Assembly (NCBI GenBank): GCA_003427395.1
Contig: BFEA01000038.1
Location: forward strand, 1,216,762 to 1,280,761
DNA length: 64,000 bases
Direction of reading: 5' to 3'
Source: Chara braunii
Lineage: Eukaryota > Plantae > Charophyceae
Part shown: positions 24,738-37,600 of the stretch, one piece after another
Numbering within the stretch: the stretch's first letter is position 1
How the letters are laid out: each line of letters opens with the position of its first letter
The notes under the pieces: generated by a model
What the model saw: the letters and a program-made list of their open reading frames with translations, nothing else
What the model was told of the DNA's origin: nothing
The model's database searches: none
Translations under genes and position numbers: made by a program

Positions 24738-25741
24738 TTAGTGCCAACCAGCGGTGATAGTCTGCTTGATACCTCTGATCAGTATTAGCAGGGTTCTTGG
24801 CCAACACGGGTGTGAGTGTGAGTGTGAGTGTGAGTGTGAGTGGGTTGTGTGTGGTGTGTGGGAGAGTGTTGGCCTTAGACACTGCTGTTATCTGGTTGGG
24901 GTTATCCGGTTGGGGGTGGGGGATGATGAAAAGGGAGGAGAAGCTATTGGCAAAATGCTGAGTCTTTGCATTAGACGGATCCCCACCAGCGGCCCCACCC
25001 CATCCTTGACCACCATGGTTGGGGAGGGAGGCAACATGCATCCCCTCGGATGGCTGGAGGGAGACAACAAAGCTATGTTTGCAGGGGTCCCCTGTATAAG
25101 CCTTAGGAGTAGTGGTAGGTAGGTAGTGAAGGTGAATTGAAAGAATTTGAAAGATGATGAAAGATTTGAGAGAATACTTTAGCATAGTTAAAAAAAAAAT
25201 AAAGATAACTATGATTTGGAATTACTTGGGGCCAGTCACCTGTGGATATATCTTTAGTGCTAACCAGCAGTGATAGTCTGCTTGATACCTCTGATCGGTA
25301 TTAGCAGGGTCCTTGGCCAACACGGGTGTGAGTGTGAGTGTGAGTGGGTTGTGTGTGGTGTGTGGGAGAGTGTTGGCCTTAGACACTACTGTTATCGGGT
25401 TGGGGTTATCCGGTTGGGGGTGGGGGATGATGAAAAGGCAGGAGAAGCTACTGGCAAAATGTTGAGTCTTTGCATTAGACGGACCCCCACCGGCGGCCCC
25501 ACCCCATCCTTGACCACCATGGTTAGGGAGGGGAGCGACATGCATCCCCTCGGATGGCTGGAGGGAGACAACAATGCTATGTTCGCAGGGGTCCCCTATA
25601 TAAGCCTTAGGACTAGTGGTAGGTAGGTAGTGAAGGTGAATTGAAAGAATTTGGAAGATGATGAAAGATTTGAGAGAATAATATAGCATAGTTCAAAAAA
25701 AAATGAAGATAATCATTATGATGATTTGGAATTACTTGGGG
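24738..25741. repeat. Direct tandem duplication, ~0.5-kb unit
   Basis: 24738-25231 is highly similar to 25254-25741; both contain (GTGTGA)n and an A-rich end. Confidence 0.92.
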
Positions 25742-26652
25742 TCTCAACCAATTCACCTCAGTGTTCATCCATCACAACCAGATACCAATTAGGGAAGAGT
25801 GGGGCTGTGGATAGCAGGACATCATTGCAAGGCATGACATCGATTTCAGGATCCTCAGCACTGAAGAGTCTATAGCACGTCTTGCAGGTCCTACCATTCC
25901 AGTATGCCACGTCCAAGTCTAGATCCAGGTCTCCCACACCGCCGACTACCCTACAGCAGCTCTTAGGACTCAGCTGCACGCCGCAGCACAGCAGTGCTTC
26001 TGCCAGTCACGCAAGTCATCTTATGATAACGATCTCAATGACTGGACTTTTGCACCCGGCGCTTCGCTTTCGGACTTCCTCTTCTGGTTATGGGCTGGAC
26101 CCTTGGCCGATGTTTGTCGCTTCTGAAAGTTCCCTGACCCTCCTGGGACTTTGCTGCTGACTGGACCAACTGGCAAAAAGGCCTACTGACTTTCTATTGC
26201 AATGAGCCCCCCAGTTCAACTCTGAATTCCCAACATGCGACAGCGGACCATTCACATGAGAGTTCACACGAGAACAACAAGATGAAACTCAAATCAGCAC
26301 AAAGAAGAGTATCCAGCGGCTTCGGCCACACTCAACAACAACAGCCCGATCCAGGTATGTACCCGACTTTCTCTCCCCTCTCATGCAACCCTTTCTCTCT
26401 CTCTCTCTCTCTCTCTCTGAAGAAGAAGAAGAAGAAGAGAAAGAGGGGGGAGTAGGAGAAGAAAAAAAAGAATAGTGGCTATGGAGGGGCGAAGAAGAAT
26501 CACGAGGAGGAGGAGAAGAAGAACTCTCCTCTCTCGCACGCTTCTGATGATGATGTCACGAATATTGACCAGCGAAGGTGGTGACTCCCAATGCACGTCG
26601 CTGTTGAAGGCCGGTCTCATGACCGGTATGAAGTCCCAGCTATGGCGCTCAG

Positions 26653-26742
26653 GTAAGTCTCTCCCTCCCTCGTGGACATGGCCTCCACCGACCTCTCCAC
26701 TCCAGCCTCCTCCCCTACTCCTCTAACGCTGCTCTATCGCAG
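26653..26742 (+). other. Putative 90-nt spliceosomal intron in a dispersed repeat
   Basis: CAG|GTAAGT, pyrimidine-rich body, CTAAC at 26723, acceptor CTCTATCGCAG. Confidence 0.5.
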
Positions 26743-28075
26743 GTCTCCCCAAACTGGCGCTGCCTCAGCAGTGTGATGCCCAACTGAGGCTCCCGCGCGA
26801 ATGTCCCCCAAGTGGAGGACTGGCCCAACTATATACCGCTGGCCCGCTGGGCCTGGCTGAGCAGTCCTCGGTCTGCAATCAGGACCATCAGATCTGATGT
26901 CCGAGCGATGGTCCTGATCGCAGGCCCAAGTCCTGGTCCTATGATCCTGGCCAAAAACGGCCTGTCTGGGTCCCTACCGGACGTTCAGGCAACCCTGCTG
27001 ATGCAACAGGGTCCTGAGGACTGGGCTAGGCACAAGCAGACGAATGCCTGGTCCAGTCCCAAATATGGACAAAGTTGAACCTGCCCTGCAACGATCGAAA
27101 CTGAAATCCAATGGTCCAAACAGGCATCTGCTTGTTCGGATGAAAAAAAAAGTCCGAAGTCCGAAGTCCGATCCGACACATCTGAAACAGACAAAAATAG
27201 TCCAGACAAAACCCAGCCCCAAACTCGCTCAGCAAAATAAATGAATAAATGCCACAAGTGGTTATCGGGTAGCTGAAAATTCAGGAATGAAAATTCTGAA
27301 GTGAGAGTTTTGGGCAGTCTGAAAATCCTGAATAGTCCTGAAGTGGTAAAAAGTCCGAAGACCGTGAAAACCACCTGTTTAGGCAGGCTGCATCCTGAAG
27401 TGGNNNNNNNNNNNNNNNNNNNNNNNNNNNNNNNNNNNNNNNNNNNNNNNNNNNNNNNNNNNNNNNNNNNNNNNNNNNNNNNNNNNNNNNNNNNNNNNNN
27501 NNNNNNNNNNNNNNNNNNNNNNNNNNNNNNNNNNNNNNNNNNNNNNNNNNNNNNNNNNNNNNNNNNNNNNNNNNNNNNNNNNNNNNNNNNNNNNNNNNNN
27601 NNNNNNNNNNNNNNNNNNNNNNNNNNNNNNNNNNNNNNNNNNNNNNNNNNNNNNNNNNNNNNNNNNNNNNNNNNNNNNNNNNNNNNNNNNNNNNNNNNNN
27701 NNNNNNNNNNNNNNNNNNNNNNNNNNNNNNNNNNNNNNNNNNNNNNNNNNNNNNNNNNNNNNNNNNNNNNNNNNNNNNNNNNNNNNNNNNNNNNNNNNNN
27801 NNNNNNNNNNNNNNNNNNNNNNNNNNNNNNNNNNNNNNNNNNNNNNNNNNNNNNNNNNNNNNNNNNNNNNNNNNNNNNNNNNNNNNNNNNNNNNNNNNNN
27901 NNNNNNNNNNNNNNNNNNNNNNNNNNNNNNNNNNNNNNNNNNNNNNNNNNNNNNNNNNNNNNNNNNNNNNNNNNNNNNNNNNNNNNNNNNNNNNNNNNNN
28001 NNNNNNNNNNNNNNNNNNNNNNNNNNNNNNNNNNNNNNNNNNNNNNNNNNNNNNNNNNNNNNNNNNNNNNNNNNN

Positions 28076-28132
<57 letters not shown>
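28076..28132. repeat. (CT)n microsatellite at a gap edge
   Basis: Direct sequence. Confidence 0.95.
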
Positions 28133-28136
<4 letters not shown>

Positions 28137-28899
28137 GGACCAAACCCCGAATACACCCACGTCACTCCGGTCTTCAACCTCTGTGGCTATGACTTCCTTC
28201 TTTTTCATCTTCACCCTAGCTATGGATATTCCGAGCGCCGTCTCCTCCTCCTGCCGCACGCCGCCCTAGTCGCTTTGTCGCACAAGCAACCAACAACATT
28301 TCCGCAACTTGTGAATGAACAACTGAACTGCACTTCGTACTTTAGCAGCTATAAATAGAACTTGCTGACATGTGTTGCCTTCTTCGGACCAGCACATGTC
28401 TGCTGCATGTTTTCGGCCATTCTGAAAGTCTCCAGACTTTCTCGGGATGCTGCTGCAAATTCAGACGTTGGGACTGACTTTTCTTGTCGGTCCCGGTGGA
28501 CACTTTTCTTTTGTCTGTCCTTGCCTTTGCTTGCCATTTTGACACGCTTATGAGCATAGCAGAAACTTTTGCGTGGTTGTCATTACTGCTTCCATTGCTG
28601 TTTGTCCTTTTTGATCCACTGTTGATGGGTGATAGCACTTTGCATGCTCAGGAACGATTGTGTGCGGGATCACAGAGTGATTAGATGATTGGGTAGTTGT
28701 TTTTCTAGAAACAAGCGAATACCTCGCAGGGATGCGTGTAAGCGTGATCTGATCTTCGCAGCCTACACGTATCCACGCACGCCGATTCGCGACCATCGAC
28801 GAACTTGACCCCTTTGATATCGGGTAGGCGGGAATTTTCCTTCCCCCACGCACCTAAGCGGAAAGGAGTTTCGATATCACATCGGAAAATCCCCCTTGC

Positions 28900-29637
28900 C
28901 GGTTAGACGCGTGCGGAAGAATTTCATCACACCGCAATGATAAGATGCCGAGCTCCTGGGACTCGGAGTACTTCGACCCTTGGGTGAGAGAATGTATTAG
29001 GCAAAGATACCCCAAATTCCCCTGCCTAATCGAGAATCGGTTGTGCCCCAGGGAGTTTCATTGTGCCACAACCAGCGATCCGAGGTGCCCCGACTATCCA
29101 ATTTCATATCCCCCGGTTTCGTCGTTATCGCTACCAACTTCCCTCCCTTCCGTCTCCTCCTTCCGTATCACCAACTCACGGTGGTACCGTGGAATTCCAT
29201 CGCTACGTATTGGCCCCGCACGCCTTGCGGAAATTGTCGGCGGCGCGGCAACCGACGAGCCCCGAAAACTAGAGGGCCTAGCCAGAACACGCAACGACAG
29301 ACGCCACGTGCCTGCACCCAAAGGTCCGCCTCATCAGGAACACAACTATCCCGGGCGGGCCTCTCCCCGAACCGCCGCCACCAAAACAGACGAATCGGAC
29401 GGCCTTGAATGCACCGCGCATGCTGCACGACATCGAACGACATCAGACCGGAAGTAACTCGCCCCCTTGGCACTATTGCATCTATGCCCCTGAAACTTTG
29501 CCATAGGAGATCCCAGTTCCGACCTGAGACTCCACCCCCACTTTCCCAAAAATCCTTGGCACACCCCTTTTCGCACTTCCAGGCCCACATCCCACTCTGA
29601 TCAGGAAGTCGCGCTGGGCGTGAGGTTGGGCGTCACA
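28900..29637 (+). mobile_element. 3' portion of an LTR of a related Gypsy subfamily (left boundary uncertain)
   Basis: Ends CAGGAAGTCGCGCTGGGCGTGAGGTTGGGCGTCACA like the LTR end at 59608; carries a frameshifted homologue of the LTR ORF. Confidence 0.85.
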
Positions 29638-30890
29638 AACCTGATTCAAGTCAGAATCCGGGAGGATTGCAACGAAGATGGTGATTGGACGTGTAAACTT
29701 TGGGCCAATGGGGTCCCAATCCGCCCCCTGCGGTTGGATCCCAAAATGTGGTCCTGGCAAGGATCCAAGAGGTTTTTCCAAGGAAGCCTGGCTTACAGAC
29801 TATAACACAGTGGGAGGCTACGATCTCCAGCTCCAGGCAAGACCCCCCCTTTCGGTGGCGACAAGTAGGTGGTCACAGGTTGATACATCGGAGGACATAC
29901 AGATCAGCAGAGCCACCACAAGATGCTGGACGCAACTGAAGAAACTTCCGTTGATCAGAGCCACGGCCCTGCTCTGGTTGCTTTCAATGCTTTCGACCCC
30001 TTCGGCAGTGTGGCTAGCCGAAAGGGGAATGGTTATTGAAATACAATGTACGAGATGCCGCTGGCCGTTTGAATCCACGGTGCATATGTGGCTCTCGTGC
30101 CCGTTGTCTCGAAGAATCTGGGACTGGTGGATTTTCCACTGGGACCGCATTAGCGGTTCGGTATTTCCCTGGGAAGACCACTGGATTTTATTCGGTGGTG
30201 TACCCGAGGGCCTAGCCTTGGACGAAGGGTGGGGCTATGTTGCCCACGCCCTTAGGGCATGCTTGTTCCTGGTTATCTGGGAAGTCGGAAATAGGAATGT
30301 TTTTGATGGCCGATTTCTGTCGGATAAATAGATCAAGTCCTTGGTTAAGCTGCATATCCGTCATAGCATTAAGTGCGACTGGAGGAGGAAAACCTCCTCT
30401 TCAAATCACAGGATGTCAGGTCTCCTATGGTTTACGGAAAAGTGGTGTTTGAGGGAATCCAGGATGGGAAACTAGCACTGGATGAGTGGTTGCTGAAAGA
30501 TGAGTGATGTACCTGGGCGCTCGGTTTATCTCCGCAGTTTGAGGGCAGCAGGTTGTGAGATGCAGGTTAGGAGTGAGCGTCACTTATAGTACTTGGAGTA
30601 TAGCTCGCCGCCCCGTTGCTAGGGGCGGTTAGCTTGGTTCGCTTAGACAACCGTATAGGTCTGAGCTATCCAGATGCATAAGAAGGAACGTTTTCTTTCT
30701 GAAGTCTGGGGGCTTGGTACGCCCCCTGGGGTGTGGTCTGACCCCGTAAGCGAAACTGGGTAATGCTCCCAGCCTCCGGGTAGACTGTGAGGACCCCGGC
30801 CTCGAATCATTTAAGTTGAAATCTGTGCCTTGGGCACTGGGCCCGTGATTGTTCGGAAAAAAATAATAATAATGAAAATAAATAAATTAA
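29638..30890 (+). pseudogene. LINE ORF2 C-terminus (zf-RVT/CCHC) and 3' UTR of a different LINE family
   Basis: LLWLL..QCTRCRWPFESTVHMWLSCPLSRRIWDWW..VIWEVGNRNVF; ends in an A/AAT-rich tail at ~30857-30887. Confidence 0.75.
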
Positions 30891-30904
30891 GTGCGAGACT
30901 GCGA

Positions 30905-31420
30905 GTATTGCCTGAGAGCCGGAGGAGCTGGAGTACTGCTGGCAGTCTGACATCTGACATCTGGATTAGGGCATAGTCATGCTAGTACTTTTTCCAAGTT
31001 TTTCGGCCAAATTTGGCCATGATTTTGGTAAACATGCATCTAGGAACGTCCAAGTGTGTGTATGGCCCGAGAGAACCACTGCTGGCATTCTGAAATCTGA
31101 CTTCTGGATGAGGTTGTGACTCACTCTAGTACCTAATCCAGACCTAATTGTATCCGGTAAACTCTTCAGTATGACAATGCCCTGAGAGAACCATGAGCCT
31201 ATCTACTGCTGGCAGTCTGACATCTGACATGGATGAAGAGGCCAGAACCTCTACTTTTTTTTTTCGTTTACACCTGTACCTTTTTGACCTTATCTGGCTG
31301 CAATTTTGGTAAAGATTATGCGCGTATGCCCTGAGAGAACCATGAGCCAAACTACTGCTGGCAGTATGACATCTGATATCTGATATCTGATATCTGATAT
31401 CTGACATCTGACATTTAACA
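30905..31420. repeat. Degenerate ~140-bp tandem array containing (TCTGAYA)n heptamers
   Basis: ACTGCTGGCA.T.TGA.ATCTGA at ~30935, 31078, 31205 and 31353; heptamer run at 31372-31413. Confidence 0.75.
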
Positions 31421-31447
31421 TCTTGCAGCCTCTGCAATAGAACCCTG

Positions 31448-32082
31448 GGGTCTAGTCCCACCTACAGCGTTGAGTTTTCTCAACGCTGAGCTTTCTATCA
31501 CGTGTGGCATGGTGGGACGGAGCTCTGCCGTTGATGTATTGCGAATCTAACGGTACCAAAATACAGACATTTTGTAGAATTTGTTTTTGACATGAAATCC
31601 GTTTTGTAGTATGCGTTGGCCCTTTTGGTTTGGGCGGGAAGCCATTTTCCGTTGAGAAAACTACCCTACCGAGGGTAGGGTACATTTCTCAACTTCAGTG
31701 CTTCCTTTTTTTTGTTTTTTCAGTCCTCATTGCATCCTGAAACGGAGGAACTCTGACAGCTGTGTTTGGATGTCTGGCATCAAACTCTTTTCCTTCTTTG
31801 GGCAATGAATGCATTTGGCCATCCACGTCGTCCCTGTCCATTTTACAAATGGTGACCTCCTGTCCCCTCACCACGGGGAGTATCCTTTTTTCATGGAGAC
31901 GTTCACTCCTACTGTTCCAAACATGTTTCATTTCTCGGAGTTACGTTATAAAAAATAAGGAGAAAAGCTGTTTCTAGCATTTTTTTCAGCTTTTTTATTT
32001 CTTGTGTCGAATATTTTAATGTCGAAACGGCGTCACACCGTTGAGTTTTCTGAACTCAACAACCGTAGGTGGGACCAGACCC
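31448..32082. mobile_element. MITE, ~635 bp, probably PIF/Harbinger-like (GGG termini, CTG TSD)
   Basis: TIR GGGTCT(A/G)GTCCCACCTAC..GTTGAGTT at both ends; CTG at 31445-31447 and 32083-32085 (a 5- or 7-bp TSD reading is also possible). Confidence 0.75.
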
Positions 32083-32378
32083 CTGGGCTTGGTTATATGT
32101 CTGAAAGACAATTATCACGGTGATACTATTACAAGCTTTGTTTTTTTTTATTAATGCTATTATTATAAGTTACGTTTCTTGGGGGGGTAACTAAGGCACA
32201 TTCACGTTTTCAGTTCTAAATCCACTTCAAGCATCCCTCAAACACGACACATGCCCACCCAACCCTAAAGCTGGGTTGGATACATTCACGATTTCCCTCG
32301 CAGTAAATTCGGAAAACCGTAACCTAAACGCCCGAAAACCTTGACTCCTCCCCACGAGCCTAGCTCAGTGGGTACACC

Positions 32379-32416
32379 CTGTCTCTTATACACATCTAGA
32401 TGTGTATAAGAGACAG
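32379..32416. other. Nextera mate-pair junction adapter (two Tn5 mosaic ends): assembly contamination
   Basis: Exact CTGTCTCTTATACACATCT+AGATGTGTATAAGAGACAG between two identical copies, 32128-32378 and 32417-32667. Confidence 0.97.
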
Positions 32417-32645
32417 ATTACAAGCTTTGTTTTTTTTTATTAATGCTATTATTATAAGTTACGTTTCTTGGGGGGGTAACTAAGGCACATTCACGTTTTC
32501 AGTTCTAAATCCACTTCAAGCATCCCTCAAACACGACACATGCCCACCCAACCCTAAAGCTGGGTTGGATACATTCACGATTTCCCTCGCAGTAAATTCG
32601 GAAAACCGTAACCTAAACGCCCGAAAACCTTGACTCCTCCCCACG

Positions 32646-32706
32646 AGCCTAGCTCAGTGGGTACACCCATGAACTGTTGAAATACAGACCCAAGTTCAAA
32701 CCCAGA
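32646..32706 (+). pseudogene. Degenerate tRNA-like Pol III head (SINE-like)
   Basis: TAGCTCAGTGG A-box and GTTCAAACCC B-box at tRNA-like spacing. Confidence 0.4.
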
Positions 32707-33018
32707 TGATGGAATTTGATGAATAAAACCAAATATTTCTGAATTGCCTGGGGCTGGTCAACTCAATGAGATGATATCTCAAGGGCATCACCCTTTTCAA
32801 AGGAGGAGGAAAAAAGAAAACCTTGACTGCACCCTAGTTTTCCCTTTTTTTTTCCAGCCGATTATGAGCTTGACTGTCTGTATGGCATGCTGTTGGGCTG
32901 AGGATGTGGCCTCACTACCATCTTCCCCTGAATAGTATGCATGGTTATTGTAGCTGTATTTGGGCCAACATTCCTGCCAGATACAGTGAGCGATAACAAC
33001 AGTGAGTTTTATTCAGGC

Positions 33019-33488
33019 CAAGACAGTTGCTTTTTTTTTTTTTTTTAGAACAACCCGAGTGGATGCCAGGGGTGCTGGTACGAGCAGGCACCACTAGCAT
33101 TCTCGGGGAAGGCTCCATCTATTGGTGGGGAGCAGCACCTGCTGGAAAGCGGGTCCAGCGTCCCTGAACATTATAGCTGTTTGTTTGATCAGACATAAAT
33201 TTGTGGTGACAGTCAGGCGCAGGGCTCGCCTACAAAGTATCGAAATNNNANANTNTNNNATTTCGATACTTTGTAGGCGAGCCCTGCGCCTGACTGTCAC
33301 CACAAATTTATGTCTGATCAAACAAACAGCTATAATGTTCAGGGACGCTGGACCCGCTTTCCAGCAGGTGCTGCTCCCCACCAATAGATGGAGCCTTCCC
33401 CGAGAATGCTAGTGGTGCCTGCTCGTACCAGCACCCCTGGCATCCACTCGGGTTGTTCTAAAAAAAAAAAAAAAAAGCAACTGTCTTG
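33019..33488. repeat. Perfect ~230-bp-arm palindrome of a LINE 3' end with an ambiguous 13-nt centre
   Basis: Arms are exact reverse complements (identical ORFs on both strands); self-symmetric N pattern at 33247-33259. Confidence 0.9.
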
Positions 33489-34699
33489 CCTGACAACCTA
33501 CATTAAACGTTAATTAAGTGGTCGTGGACACAGATCATGTCTACTGCTGAGAGAGTTGGAGGCAGACAAGTAGCGAACTTCTTCTCCCCGATTCCTATAT
33601 TGAAGTCTTGTACTATCTCTTAAAGTTGCCCCCCCGGCCTGCCTTTCCTCTACTCCCACCCTTTGGAGCTTAGTGCAGTGACATGTGATTCTGTTGGTCG
33701 TAGGCNNNNNNNNNNNNNNNNNNNNNNNNNNNNNNNNNNNNNNNNNNNNNNNNNNNNNNNNNNNNNNNNNNNNNNNNNNNNNNNNNNNNNNNNNNNNNNN
33801 NNNNNNNNNNNNNNNNNNNNNNNNNNNNNNNNNNNNNNNNNNNNNNNNNNNNNNNNNNNNNNNNNNNNNNNNNNNNNNNNNNNNNNNNNNNNNNNNNNNN
33901 NNNNNNNNNNNNNNNNNNNNNNNNNNNNNNNNNNNNNNNNNNNNNNNNNNNNNNNNNNNNNNNNNNNNNNNNNNNNNNNNNNNNNNNNNNNNNNNNNNNN
34001 NNNNNNNNNNNNNNNNNNNNNNNNNNNNNNNNNNNNNNNNNNNNNNNNNNNNNNNNNNNNNNNNNNNNNNNNNNNNNNNNNNNNNNNNNNNNNNNNNNNN
34101 NNNNNNNNNNNNNNNNNNNNCACCGGTGGGGTCCCCCTCTGTTCCCTAGCCTCTGCCATCCACCTACTGTCCTCATGGCGCCCATTAAACGGCTGAAAAT
34201 AGCTGAAAATAGCTAAAAAAAGCTGAAAATAGCTGAAATCTTTTGGAGAGATACCGAAGAATACTGAAAAGTACTGAAAATTCTGAGAACTGTGAGTGGG
34301 GCCTCATCTGCTGGGAACCGGGCCCAGCGTCCTACCCTCTGTACAAAACACCTTTGCAAAAAAAACAAACCATAAGGGGGCGAGGGGCAACAGAACCCAG
34401 GCTGAAGATCAGGCTGAACTGAGCTGAACCGGGCTACTCTGAGCTGCGCTGAAATCTGCTGCAGTGTGGGCTAGATAGGCTGAGAAACCAGGCTGATCCG
34501 AGTGGCTCTGAGCTGCGCTGACCTCCCTCCCTACTCGGAGGGCGACCGTAAACAGGCTGACCACCAGGCTGAACTAGGTTGCTCTGAGCTGCGCTGAACT
34601 CTGCTGCGCAGCTGAAGTATCTGGGATTTTCTGAACGCTCTCCAGTCCGGGTTTTACACCGTTGCGCAACTGAAGTATTTTATGAGGTTCGGTCCGAGC

Positions 34700-37600
34700 T
34701 TAGTCAGGCGGCAGGATTTCGGCTAAGGACAGCGGATGGGGTGGGAATGGATCTGCAAAGTCCTGGGCGGGACGCAGTGGGAAGCCGGAGTCAATCTTGG
34801 TCCAGTCGTGGAAGATCAACTGATAGTCCCTTGTTATTTCAGCCTGGGATTCCTTTCGGGGTTCCCCTCGTGCTTCTCTCTCCGTCCGGCGACCGGTCCA
34901 CGTTACTGCCGCCACCCATCCCTCCCTTTCCCCCCCCAGCCAGTCCATGCAGAAGGTAGCAATGATCCGGTTCATGTCTCCCCAGGAGGACGTTTGGTCG
35001 AGCTTTTCTTTAGTTTTCTTCCATTGTGCCGCCAGCTCATAATGAACCAGAGTCCGAATTTGATCCATCGCCTCTCCGTCCTCCACCCATGCTCCCTCTA
35101 ACTCTAAACAACATCTTCGCCACCATGTAGTCCATAGTACACTCCGTCTACCCAGATTGTACATGTTCTCCTCAAATGTCTTCCCCCGTATTGGAGGGAA
35201 ATGTCCCAAAAGTATGGCCCTCCACTCCCATGGCCATACTGTGCCCGGAACTATGTGTTGCCAGATTCTATCCCAACATCTCCACAGCAGTACCGACGCG
35301 GGACATTGGAGGAAAATGTGTTCAATGGTTTCGGCCCGTCTCCCCCCAGGGTAAATTCAGAGACATCGATGGCACCATGGTAGTGCCTTTCCTTGTTGCT
35401 CTAGGTGGGTGTGGTCTATCAGCCAGTCCTTAGTCGGCAGACACCTGTGTTCTAATTGCCACTGGAGGGCGGAGATCTTGGCGGGTCTTTTGTGGTGCTG
35501 AGCAAACCAGCGTATGGGCTTCAGTAGCTGGCGATCCACATTGAGGTGGCGGTACCATCTATCTTCTATACGTTCTCGAAGTCTGCATTTCGGTCTGAGC
35601 ATTCGGTAGGCCGACTTGGATTTTAAGTTCCGTAATGTCAGTGTTTTTGCCTCCCCTTTCCTGGGANGAGTGTTCATGGTCCACCGCCACTCCTCAGGGN
35701 CCNGGGGGAGGTCTTCAATTGGGACCATTGGGTGGTACACCCTCTGGTAACTTCCATCAGTAATGACCCTGATGCGATACACCTCATTCTGCTTTTTCCA
35801 GATGAAGGGTTGGTGGCTGCCCCTTAGTCCATCGTCCTTTAGAATGGAGAAGACTTCTACTAATACCTGTGATTGATTAGCTAGGTGCACATACCCTACT
35901 TCCCCCTTGTGGCCCGGAAGCCCCACCCAGTCATCTTCTCTTGCACCGGGGCCTTTCCTGAGGGTAATGTACCAGTGGAGAGGGAAGCTGTCAATCAACT
36001 CGCTGAGTGCTCTCTCAGTGAANTGNCANTACCGCAGGGTTGCTCTTATCCTNTCCGTGCTTTTCCAATTTCCTTCCTCCGCATCCCAGAAGTCCCCAAC
36101 CCTTCGGATCCCGTGTTTCACCCACNCTTTCCATGGGGAATCTGANGCGCATNGTATCNGCCCTCCCGGGTCAGTTATTAATCGGTTGCCGAATAAGGGT
36201 TGCCTAAAGATTTCTTCCCACCTCTCCGGCGCGGGTCGGTCGGGGGGCGGGAGCTTCCTCCATGTACGAATGAGGCGTACCCAGTATTTGTCTGTGGGGT
36301 CCCCATTCCTGTACTTCTTGGGTATCCTCCAGTACCTGTCTTCCAACCATATGCGGGGGTCAATTTCTGGTGGAGATTCTGGGGCGAGGTCTGAAATCTG
36401 TGCCAGGGCGAGGGGGACCCATGGCGACGTAGGTGAAAAGATGATGTGTTGGAGCCAGCGAATCGAGAGGGCTTGAAATTGCGTGGCTGGGTCTATGATA
36501 CCCAATCCGCCCCTGTTCTTGGGTTGAATCACCGAGTCCCACGCTACACGGCTTATGGCATGGGAATTGCTGTTGTCGCCCCTCCATAGGAAGGCCGCAA
36601 GTTGTTGTTTCAATACTTTAAGCCCTCCGTTGCTCATAGGCCATAGGACGACTTTGTACCATAGGGTAGCCAGGACCACATTATTAATGACGAGCGCCCG
36701 CCCAAAGATCGATGTTCGTTTGTTGTTCCATTTTTCCAGCTTAATTTGTGTCGGTCCGGTCAGCCATTCAGCAGTGGATGCTGGTCTGCCTCTGGCGGTA
36801 ATTAGTGCCCCCAGGATTCTCAAGGGGTCTTCCGGAGGGAGCCATGTGATGCGTGGGTGTTCCGGAGGTCTGCCCCCTTGGTGATGCAGCCACCAGCCCG
36901 TGGTCTTTTGTCCCCAGTTGACGGATATGTCTGACAGACAACAAAATTTGTTCATGAGTTGTTGAATTTCCTTCATATTGGCCTCGGTTGCATCCACTAA
37001 TATAGTCAGGTCATCAACAAATAGAGAGCAAATAGGTATCCCCTCCTCGGGAATGTTTGATATCGCGATACGTGTGAGGTCTTTGTTCTGTCGTAGATTA
37101 GCGGATAGTGCTTCCATGATTACGAGGAAGAGGTAGGGTGCGATAGGGTCCCCTTGTCTTACCGATCGTTGGAGTTCAAAGGGGGGTGTCACCGAGCCGT
37201 TGATTTGGACGAAAGTAATGGCGTTTTTATGGAGGATCTTCACCCAGTGCCGGAAGGAGGGTCCAAAATTCATTCTTTCCAAGCACATTTCTAAGAGCTC
37301 CCAGTCCACGTGGTCGTAGGCTTTTTCGAAGTCTATGAAAATTATCGCCGCATTGGCCTTCTTTCGCCGTGCTAATTGGACCACGTCATTGACTAACAGG
37401 ATGTTCTCTTGTATGTTCCTTCCAGACATGAAGCCTGTTTGGGCTGGGTGAATGACCTCTTCTAGGACCGTTGCCATACGGTTTGCCAATGTTTTGGCAA
37501 GTATTTTGTAAACAACCGTGAGTAGTGTAATAGACCTGTAGTTCCAGATATTCATTTTATACCCTTTTTTGTAGAGGAGAGATAGTACTCCTTTTTCGAC

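Noticed and set aside
24694-25689. Duplicated 155-163-aa minus-strand ORFs as a gene pair
   Set aside because: The similarity follows from the DNA duplication; both strands are open and no domain is recognisable.
26985-28269. Long ORFs across N gaps (also 33650-34196 and 2478-2790)
   Set aside because: Open only because of N runs and microsatellites.
32379-32416. Tn5/IS50 insertion or bacterial horizontal transfer
   Set aside because: Exact synthetic mosaic-end pair of the Nextera mate-pair adapter.
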